The notes under the pieces are model-generated. The model made no database searches. It saw nothing but the letters and a program-made list of their open reading frames with translations, and was not told the DNA's origin. This document shows, piece after piece, positions 18,312 through 25,582 of a DNA stretch of 64,000 nt (positions are counted from its first letter, which is position 1; each line of letters starts with the position of its first letter). The stretch covers positions 16,323 through 80,322 of the forward strand of contig CAYQUX010000019.1 in NCBI GenBank assembly GCA_964420995.1, in the 5' to 3' direction. The position numbers and the translations under genes are program-made. This stretch comes from an uncultured Leptolinea sp. (GTDB lineage: Bacteria > Chloroflexota > Anaerolineae > Anaerolineales > Anaerolineaceae).

Positions 18312-19826
18312 TTAGCACCCTCGCCCACGCCACTCACATAATGGAGTGGGCGAGGGGATAAGATACATGATCGTAAGCCGGTCGTTTTTGTAAATCTCCT
18401 TTTGTGATTCTTTAAGAACCAGCTTAACCCGTACCAATTGTTTATCCTTCAACTGGGGAACATCGCAAAATATTCTTTCCGGGTGGTCTTTGTATTTAAC
18501 TAAGCAGGGATATTCTTTGCCATCGATTAATGCGACGATTTCCGGGTAATCTCCAATATCCAGCATGCGGAATACCAGACTGAAAATCTTTCCTGTAAGA
18601 TCATAGGTGGAGATTAGTTCCACCCGGGAAAAATTCAATGTAGGTTTCGGGGTGGCCTCTTTTGTCGGAGTCCCTGTAGGAAAAATGATTTCCCCGCTCG
18701 CAATAGCTGAATACGGAGATAATGTAGGTGCGTTTGCCACGTACTCAGCAACACCTTCCGTTTTGATGGCCGCAATGGTTGCCTCGTTCAATGCTTTGTT
18801 TATTTGTATCTCTCGGGCGGTTGTTGTGGGGTGAGACCCGGTGTCTATTTTGATGGAATTAAGGATTTTGCCTTCAGCCCACAGACAGAATCCCGAAATG
18901 ATGATGAAGCCGGCGGCGGCAAATAACAGGCTCTTTTTTCTGTTAGAGGATTTTTTTATTACCTGAGGTGTGGCGGGAGAGGTGTTTTCTGATGATCTCA
19001 ACCCGCTCCGTAGTTCCTGCATGGCGCGATATCCATTCCAGGGACGATCCCCGGCTTTCTCGGAAAGCATGCGCCCGACAAGGTCATTCAACCATACCGG
19101 CACGGTTGGATTGAGACTCATCAATCGTGTTCCGGGTTCCAGTGATTTGTAATTGCGGCCGGTCAACATCTCAAAGATCAACAGTCCCAGGGTGTAGATA
19201 TCCGACGCGGGGCGCAAGTAGGCGCCTGTGGTCTCCTGCTCCGGGCTCATATAAGCCGGTGTGCCGGGATGCGTTTTGGCCACGCTGAGCTGCGAGCGCA
19301 TGCTGGCGCCGCCCGGAACCTGCGCCAGTCCCAGGTCAGCTACTTTCGCTTTACCCTGAGCGTCAAACAGAATGTTTGAAGGTTTCAGGTCGCGATGGAT
19401 GATATCTTTTCCGTGCAGGGCAGCGAGGCCTTCGGCGACATCAATGGCAATCTTGACGGTTTCTTCAACGCTAAAGGCTGTACCGTTTTCGGCCGCCTGT
19501 TCCATGCGTTGCTTTAAATTCCCGCCCGGCGCGTACTCCATGATCAGATAGAGAATCTTTTTCTCTTCCTGGAAGTCATACACCCTGATCAGATAGGGGT
19601 TATCAAACCATTCCATCAGTTGCGATTCCTGGCGGAAGCGGTTGCGGTAATCATTGTAGTCAGAACTGCCAATACCCGATTCGTCGTGCTGTAAGACCTT
19701 GATGGCGCGTTTGCCATTCAACTCTGTATGGGTGGCCAGATATACTTCCCCAAATGTCCCCAACCCGATACTTTTTTCAATACGGTAATACTTAAGAATT
19801 ACATCGTTTTCATTGAAATTTTTCAT
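18312..19826 (-). CDS. Ser/Thr protein kinase; sixth member of the NEND-IVL paralog family, with TM and a C-terminal domain of unknown fold
   Basis: The N-terminus FNENDVILKYYRIEKSIGLGTFGEVYLAT...RAIKVL...HRDLKPSNILFD...ADLGLAQ is 60-70% identical to the kinases at 35702-54236. Confidence 0.85.
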   Translation of the reverse strand: MKNFNENDVILKYYRIEKSIGLGTFGEVYLATHTELNGKRAIKVLQHDESGIGSSDYNDYRNRFRQESQLMEWFDNPYLIRVYDFQEEKKILYLIMEYAPGGNLKQRMEQAAENGTAFSVEETVKIAIDVAEGLAALHGKDIIHRDLKPSNILFDAQGKAKVADLGLAQVPGGASMRSQLSVAKTHPGTPAYMSPEQETTGAYLRPASDIYTLGLLIFEMLTGRNYKSLEPGTRLMSLNPTVPVWLNDLVGRMLSEKAGDRPWNGYRAMQELRSGLRSSENTSPATPQVIKKSSNRKKSLLFAAAGFIIISGFCLWAEGKILNSIKIDTGSHPTTTAREIQINKALNEATIAAIKTEGVAEYVANAPTLSPYSAIASGEIIFPTGTPTKEATPKPTLNFSRVELISTYDLTGKIFSLVFRMLDIGDYPEIVALIDGKEYPCLVKYKDHPERIFCDVPQLKDKQLVRVKLVLKESQKEIYKNDRLTIMYLIPSPTPLCEWRGRGC

Positions 19827-19878
19827 TACTATCCCCGGTTAATAAAAATCCATGGAAGGATATTATACCCAAACTGGT

Positions 19879-21897
19879 TTAAGACTCGTTTGTAATCTCT
19901 ATCTCACTCATTACCATGTCTCCCACCTCCACACGGATGGGTTCATCTTTGAAACCTTTCAGCTTGATCTTCCCCTTGACCATGTCGCCGGCTTTTATGG
20001 TGATTGGCGCGGGTGTGGCCAGTATTTTCCCGGTGAAGAAATGCCGGAAGGGTTCTCCGCGTTCTTTTCGATCCACACATTCAACGCACACATCCAATTG
20101 GTTCTCCAACCGGGTGGGGGTGATGTTCATGGTAAGGTGCCACCAGCGGTTGGCAGGAATTTCCTGCTGCGGGTCGGCTGAGAAATGCACGGAATGCAGC
20201 AGGGTGCCGCCCACATGTACATCAATGTTGCGCGCCGGGGCGCGGCCGGTATTCTTGATGCGCAGGGTGATTTCACCGCTTTCATGCTGGATTAAGGTCG
20301 GGTTGGTAGCCAGTTCCAGGCACAGATAGGGCAAAGGTGACAGCGCTCCCGCCCTGTTGCGCATTTTTTCCGCCGCTTCCGACTGATTATCCTGGTCCAG
20401 TACGTCCGCCGCGAGCAGGCAGTAGAAAGCCGCCCGACCGGGATCGCGGATACTCCATATCTGTGAAGCCTTCTCGTAACCATCCGCGGCGCGCTGGCGT
20501 TCTCCCACGCCCTGCCACAGGCGGGCGCCCCATTCAGGTTCATACTCCCGCTCCCAATTCTCGTTCGCTTTTTCGAGAAGAGAAATTCGTTTATCTATGT
20601 CCAGGCTCCATTGCGCCTGCAGGACATATTGTTCGGCGGCATCCCGCGGTTGATTATGGGCATCGAGCATTTGCGCCGCCCACATATGCTGTCCGCCATG
20701 GAAGGGCATGCTCCATAAACGCCCGCCGGGTTCGCCAATGGGATTGGTGCTGCGCGTAGAGAATAGCACCCGGTCATTGTGCCTGAGCAGGTTCCCACAA
20801 ATGGACCAGTGCATGCTGGAAGATTCACCGTACTGCCAGATGATCTCCCCGGAGTCAATGTTCAAACCGTACGTTTGACCGTGAGAATCTCCGCAAATCA
20901 GCAGTGCGTCATTCCAGATGAGCGGACGAACCATCACCGTGCCGCCCAGGTTGGTTTGCCACTCAATTTCGCCGGTTTGCCGGTTCAGGCAGCGCATTTG
21001 ATGATCTCCCGCGCCAAAGAACAGGTGGTTGCCAGATAGCGCGAGTCCACCCAGGCGAATGACGGAATTTTTTGAATTGACTCCTTCGAATGTCCAGGCG
21101 ATCTTCCCGGTTGAATCGACCGCATAAAGATGACCATGGTCATCGCTGGTATACAGCAGGGAACCACCGGGAACCAGAAGGTCTGTGAGATAAACGTGAT
21201 CGCTGGCGGTAAATATGGAGGAGTAGTTTTTCCCCTGTATCCGCAGAACCTGACCGGGACGTGTTCCCGTGGCCAGATAAAACGTATTGTTATTATGAAT
21301 CAAAAATTTCTGTGGGGGATTTAGACGGGGAGTGGTATCCCAGTGGCAGATGGATCCGCCCTTTCGACCGGCTGGATTGATGCTGACAATAGAGCCATCG
21401 CTAACAGCGCAGTAGGCCCACTCTGTGTTGAATGAAACAATCTTGGGCGTGACCGGGTAGGGGAAATCGTACGACCAGGCCAGTTCAAAATCCCTGTTGA
21501 ATACCAGCATGCGGGCCGGATCCGGCGCGCGCCGCCCGGTTAACTGAAGAATCCAATCGCCGAAAATGACTGGTGAGCCGATGGCCGGTCGGTCAAGGGG
21601 GAATTTCCAGATCGTCTCCTGCGTATCGGTATCCAGACACATCAATCCGCCCTCGGGAAGACCGATGGTGACTTCGTCGCTGTACCGGTTCCACGCGGCC
21701 AATACCCTGGTACTTCCCATCTCAGTCAACCCGACCGGTTTGCCGGGAAGGTTGACTTGCCAATCAGGGGTGAGCGGCGGCTTGATCAGGCGACGTTTTT
21801 CGCGCGCTGTGCCGCAGATCGGGCAGGCGGGCGCGGCCGGAGGATAATATGACAGACAATTTGTGCAAAAAAGGGAAGGAATGGATTTCTCGGTCAT
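19879..21897 (-). CDS. Zinc-ribbon / PQQ-like β-propeller / TPR-like / CARDB-like multidomain protein
   Basis: N-terminal CxxC...CxxC. Repeated TGEIEWQ/SGEIIWQ/TQETIWKF propeller blades. A helical repeat region. A C-terminal β-sandwich motif (ITLRIKNTGRAPARNIDVHV). It is a paralog of 25583..28312. Confidence 0.65.
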   Translation of the reverse strand: MTEKSIPSLFCTNCLSYYPPAAPACPICGTAREKRRLIKPPLTPDWQVNLPGKPVGLTEMGSTRVLAAWNRYSDEVTIGLPEGGLMCLDTDTQETIWKFPLDRPAIGSPVIFGDWILQLTGRRAPDPARMLVFNRDFELAWSYDFPYPVTPKIVSFNTEWAYCAVSDGSIVSINPAGRKGGSICHWDTTPRLNPPQKFLIHNNNTFYLATGTRPGQVLRIQGKNYSSIFTASDHVYLTDLLVPGGSLLYTSDDHGHLYAVDSTGKIAWTFEGVNSKNSVIRLGGLALSGNHLFFGAGDHQMRCLNRQTGEIEWQTNLGGTVMVRPLIWNDALLICGDSHGQTYGLNIDSGEIIWQYGESSSMHWSICGNLLRHNDRVLFSTRSTNPIGEPGGRLWSMPFHGGQHMWAAQMLDAHNQPRDAAEQYVLQAQWSLDIDKRISLLEKANENWEREYEPEWGARLWQGVGERQRAADGYEKASQIWSIRDPGRAAFYCLLAADVLDQDNQSEAAEKMRNRAGALSPLPYLCLELATNPTLIQHESGEITLRIKNTGRAPARNIDVHVGGTLLHSVHFSADPQQEIPANRWWHLTMNITPTRLENQLDVCVECVDRKERGEPFRHFFTGKILATPAPITIKAGDMVKGKIKLKGFKDEPIRVEVGDMVMSEIEITNES

Positions 21898-22137
21898 GGT
21901 TCAACGTCACTTTATCGCGGGGATTCGGATGGGCGGAAAGGATTACCTGTGTTGAACGACGCTCTGCCGGGCTGTGTGAGTACGTTGTTGTTCAAGCTGG
22001 AGCCCGGATTATCCTGATTTGGATGGAAAAAATGTACAAATATTTCAATAATTGTAAACATAATCAGGATAACTGGCAACCAGCGGACTGAATTTGTTGC
22101 CTGCCAACACTGAAATTATTATACACAACTTGTCCAA

Positions 22138-22200
22138 TGTACACAATAGTACAAATTATCACTTGACAAGGTGATTAAAATTATGTACTATTTTGTACAT
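22138..22200 (+). promoter_or_regulatory. Promoter TTGACA(22163)-17-TACTAT with two GTAC-type palindromes (TGTAC-acaata-GTACA and ATGTAC-tatttt-GTACAT, the second overlapping the -10)
   Basis: Sequence read directly. It lies upstream of the first gene of the long plus-strand operon, in the divergent intergenic region. Confidence 0.45.
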
Positions 22201-22228
22201 AAGGGGTTCGCAACTGAATGAGGTGTTA

Positions 22229-23464
22229 ATGAGCGATCCAAAGTCTGATCCTGAATACTTGAAAATTGGTGAAGCCGCCCGTTTCCTGGGTGTTAATCCG
22301 CGGACGATCTACCGGCGAGTCTGGAGCGGTGAACTACCGGCTGCTCGAATAGGCGGTTTGTATTTCATTCGCAAATCAGATCTCCAGGCACTTTTATCAC
22401 AACGCCAGCCTGAAACACCCGAAGAAACAGCATTGAACGCGGAACCCTTGAAGTGTTCCCTGTGTTACCGTTTGCTTTCCAGTGATAGTCTGATCGGCGA
22501 AGTGTGCAGCGCGGATGGATGTCAGGAGATCATCTGTGTGGACTGTGTGTCCAAAGGATTTCATTACTGTTCGCGGCATTTGCCATCCCTTGAACAACGT
22601 CTGGCGGAAGCGGAACAGCGCTACCGCAATGGTCAAATCTCCATGCTGGTCAGGGCCAGTTCGGCTCGGTTGCGTGAGCTTAATTTCCTCAACCGCCTGC
22701 GCACCCGCCTGCAATCCATGAATTCTCTCCTGCACCCTGTGACCGGAGAAGTGATTGATGTGCCCGATTGGTCGGCTATTCTTGAACAGGGAGACAGCCG
22801 CGCCGAGGTGATGCACCTGCTCGGGAAAGTGGTCATCGGTACCGATACGCTTTCCAGAACGCCGCTCAATACCTGGCTGACGGGAAGCCCCGCGCTGCCC
22901 AAAGGCGCCAGGGGGGTGCCGGTGCGCATCGAGATGCGTGTTCTCAGCCGGCTGACTGAAATGGTACAGAATGGCTACGACAGCCGCCCCATGAAGGAGG
23001 AAGACCTTGTTCCCCTGCTGACGCGCTATTCAGACGAAACACGCCAGGATATGGAAGTACGGCTGATCGTGCTGGCTTCCGTGACCGGTTGGGACGAAAC
23101 CGCCCGCATGGTGGTACAGGGATTGGCCGGAGAAAAGGTCCGGCTGCCCTTTGCTCAACGCTCTATGATGCTCTATCTTTTTGACCTTGAAAAAGGCGAC
23201 CTGATCTTTAACACGCAGGATGAACGCACCCGGCGGTACGCGGAATTGTTTGTTCCCACCCTGCCCACGGAAGAACTGGATGAGGTCAAAGTGGCGATTG
23301 AAAAAGAGATGGTGGTGTACGATAGTCTCACCCTTGAAAATGCCGTGCAGGATCTGTCGTATTCCCGTTCTCAAATTGAAATGGCTTTTGAACGCCTGGC
23401 TTCCACCGGGCGCTATACCCTGGTCCAGCTTCCCAATCTGGGGCTGACCATCGCACGCAAATAA
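22229..23464 (+). CDS. HTH (MerR/excisionase-type) DNA-binding protein with a Cys-rich zinc-finger and a C-terminal domain of unknown function
   Basis: The N-terminus YLKIGEAARFLGVNPRTIYRRVWSGELPAARIGGLYFIRKSDL is HTH_17-like. The Cys-rich motif is CSLC...CSADGC...CVDC...C. The start is trimmed to MSDPKS. Confidence 0.6.
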   Translation: MSDPKSDPEYLKIGEAARFLGVNPRTIYRRVWSGELPAARIGGLYFIRKSDLQALLSQRQPETPEETALNAEPLKCSLCYRLLSSDSLIGEVCSADGCQEIICVDCVSKGFHYCSRHLPSLEQRLAEAEQRYRNGQISMLVRASSARLRELNFLNRLRTRLQSMNSLLHPVTGEVIDVPDWSAILEQGDSRAEVMHLLGKVVIGTDTLSRTPLNTWLTGSPALPKGARGVPVRIEMRVLSRLTEMVQNGYDSRPMKEEDLVPLLTRYSDETRQDMEVRLIVLASVTGWDETARMVVQGLAGEKVRLPFAQRSMMLYLFDLEKGDLIFNTQDERTRRYAELFVPTLPTEELDEVKVAIEKEMVVYDSLTLENAVQDLSYSRSQIEMAFERLASTGRYTLVQLPNLGLTIARK

Positions 23465-23479
23465 AACCTTCTGGAGGAA

Positions 23480-24181
23480 ATGGACATGGTTGAGAGAAAG
23501 ACGATTGTTGATTTTGGACTGAACGTGCTGCGCGACCTGTTGAACAACACAGGGAAATCACAACCCGCGCCTGAAGCCGTAAAGAAGATGAAGCTGGAAG
23601 AAATTCCTCTTGATACCCTGAAGAAGGAAAGAACCATCCTGGAACAGGAAGAAAAGAAAACACTCACCCGTCTGCGCGAATTGGAAGCCCGCAAACGCCA
23701 GTTGTTCAGCGAAGGTGTGCAGGGAAACATCAGCGATCGTGAGCAGACTGTTCTGGCCCGCAAGATCAAAGAGATGGATTCGGAGGTTGCCGGGTTGGAC
23801 ACCGTCCTTCAGGTCCTGTCCAAACAAATGCGCGTGCTTACCGGTCTTGTTCAGGTCAAAGAACGCTCACTTCTTCTCTCACCCAACAGCAGCACCATCC
23901 TTTCCCAGTTGAACATGGATGATGTGCTTACTTACGTGAACATGGCCAGTGCGGACGGTGAATTCCAGATCAACAAGTTCGATGACCTGTTGCGTGCCAT
24001 GGATATGAACAATTCCATCGCTCCGGAATTCAAGGAAGAAGCCGATGTTCTGGAGATCAAGAAAGCCATGCAGCGCGCCCGTGAAGCCGGGGAACATATG
24101 GAAGAAAAGATTGATGAAGAGTTGAAATCTCTTCAAGAGAAAAAAGCCCAATCCGGGTTGGAAAACAACTTAACCGACTGA
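23480..24181 (+). CDS. Snf7/ESCRT-III-like (PspA/Vipp1 superfamily) coiled-coil protein
   Basis: 233 aa. The N-terminal half is basic and the C-terminal half acidic, with helices α1/α2 matching the ESCRT-III hairpin pattern (LEQEEKKTLTRLRELEARKRQL ... ARKIKEMDSEVAGLDTVLQVLSKQMRVL). An acidic helix follows (MDDVLTYVNMA...). The gene is 37 bp upstream of a MIT-AAA ATPase. The true start may be the second ATG (23486), given the GGAGGA RBS spacing. Confidence 0.5.
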   Translation: MDMVERKTIVDFGLNVLRDLLNNTGKSQPAPEAVKKMKLEEIPLDTLKKERTILEQEEKKTLTRLRELEARKRQLFSEGVQGNISDREQTVLARKIKEMDSEVAGLDTVLQVLSKQMRVLTGLVQVKERSLLLSPNSSTILSQLNMDDVLTYVNMASADGEFQINKFDDLLRAMDMNNSIAPEFKEEADVLEIKKAMQRAREAGEHMEEKIDEELKSLQEKKAQSGLENNLTD

Positions 24182-24218
24182 AACCCGGTAATTACTCTGT
24201 GATATTTAAGGGGACTCT

Positions 24219-25412
24219 ATGCCCGTAGACCTTGGAGACATGGCATTCGCTGAATACAAACGCGCGCTAAAGAGGGCGGAGGATGCGCAGCGCAAAGGCG
24301 CGACCATTGAGGCGGCGTCATCATTCCGGCAATGCGCAGAACTGTACCGCCAGTACGCCAACGCAAGCGGTGATCCGGCGACAAAGCAACAACGCCTCAA
24401 GAAGGTGCAATTTCTTCTGGACAGGGCGAAGTCTCTTGACCCCATGCCGGCCAACCAGAAACCCGCCTCACCGCGGCAGACAACCGCGCCGATATCCACT
24501 GAGGCGGCAAACGCGGATGATTATGAAAGTGAAGTAATGAATCTCGTCCAGAAAACGAGTATTCGCTGGGACGAAATCGGCGGTCTGGAGGATACCAAGA
24601 ACGCCATCAAATCCGCTTACGGTCTTGCGTTAGCCAAAAAACCGCAAGGTGTTCAGATCAGCGGATGGCGCAATGTGCTCCTGTTTGGCCCTCCGGGAAC
24701 CGGTAAGACACTGCTGGCGGCTGCCACAGCGGGCAGTCTGGATGCCACCTTCTTTAATGTCAAGGTCAGTAATGTGCTTTCCAAATACTTTGGTGAAAGC
24801 AGCAAGCTGGTAAGCGCCCTTTATGCCGCCGCACGCAGGCACAGCCCGGCTGTCATCTTTCTGGATGAGTTTGAATCCCTCACCCCGCCGCGCGGTTCAG
24901 GGGAAAGCGGCGCGGAAAGGCGCATCGTCAGCACTCTGCTCGCTGAATTGGATGGTCTGGCGACTAAAGAGGACGAGAGTTTCATCCTTACCATGGGCGC
25001 CACGAATGTGCCCTGGCTGCTTGATTCGGCCATCCTGAGTCGCTTTCAACGCCGCATCTATGTCCCATTGCCGGATGACGCCGCGCGCGAAGCCATCCTG
25101 AACATCCACCTGACCCGGCAGGGGCACAAGACCGATCAACCGATCAGTGAATGGGTGCGGCAGACCGGCGGGTATTCCGGCCGGGAGATCGAACAGATCT
25201 GCCAGACAGCCATTGGGCAGATGACTCAGCGCACCAACCCGAATTTGCTGGACCTGGTGGATAAAGGGCAGGCTGCAGTGCGCGATTATGAGATCAAGGT
25301 GGAGCCGCTGAGGGCCGATGACCTGCAGGCCGCATTAAAGCAAATCCACCCTGTGGCCAACGCTGACATGCTGCGCCGCTATGATGACTGGACGCGCAAG
25401 GCGGATGATTGA
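24219..25412 (+). CDS. Vps4-like AAA+ ATPase (meiotic clade) with an N-terminal MIT domain
   Basis: MIT-like three-helix N-terminus (AFAEYKRALKRAEDAQRKG...AELYRQYA...LKKVQFLLDRAKSL). The AAA core GPPGTGKT is present. FFNVKVSNVLSKYFGESSKLV, GATNVPWLLDSAILSRFQRRIYVPLPD and the C-terminal helix DLQAALKQIHPVANADMLRRYDDWTRK match Vps4/katanin hallmark segments nearly residue-for-residue. Confidence 0.85.
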   Translation: MPVDLGDMAFAEYKRALKRAEDAQRKGATIEAASSFRQCAELYRQYANASGDPATKQQRLKKVQFLLDRAKSLDPMPANQKPASPRQTTAPISTEAANADDYESEVMNLVQKTSIRWDEIGGLEDTKNAIKSAYGLALAKKPQGVQISGWRNVLLFGPPGTGKTLLAAATAGSLDATFFNVKVSNVLSKYFGESSKLVSALYAAARRHSPAVIFLDEFESLTPPRGSGESGAERRIVSTLLAELDGLATKEDESFILTMGATNVPWLLDSAILSRFQRRIYVPLPDDAAREAILNIHLTRQGHKTDQPISEWVRQTGGYSGREIEQICQTAIGQMTQRTNPNLLDLVDKGQAAVRDYEIKVEPLRADDLQAALKQIHPVANADMLRRYDDWTRKADD

Positions 25413-25582
25413 TAATTACCCGGCATTATCGGGTACTTAAAAGGAAGCCAGAGAGAGTTTCGCATGGATGCAAATGGTACGAAAGTGTACAGGCAACAAT
25501 TCGGACATACAGGGATATTACCAGGTAGGGTATACCCTGTTCGTACTAACCGATTAATTCTTGATAAATAGGAAAATCACCG

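Noticed and set aside
18317-18356. Strong hairpin (CCCTCGCCCAC…GTGGGCGAGGG) considered as the terminator of the kinase at 18312..19826
   Set aside because: It lies inside the last 12 codons of the ORF and is not followed by a U-run on the minus strand. It may contribute to 3' end formation, but it is not a confident intrinsic terminator.
21849-22091. 80-aa ORF in the divergent intergenic region 21898-22228
   Set aside because: No RBS or homology. The region is better explained as the shared promoter/operator region for the divergent 19879 and 22229 genes.
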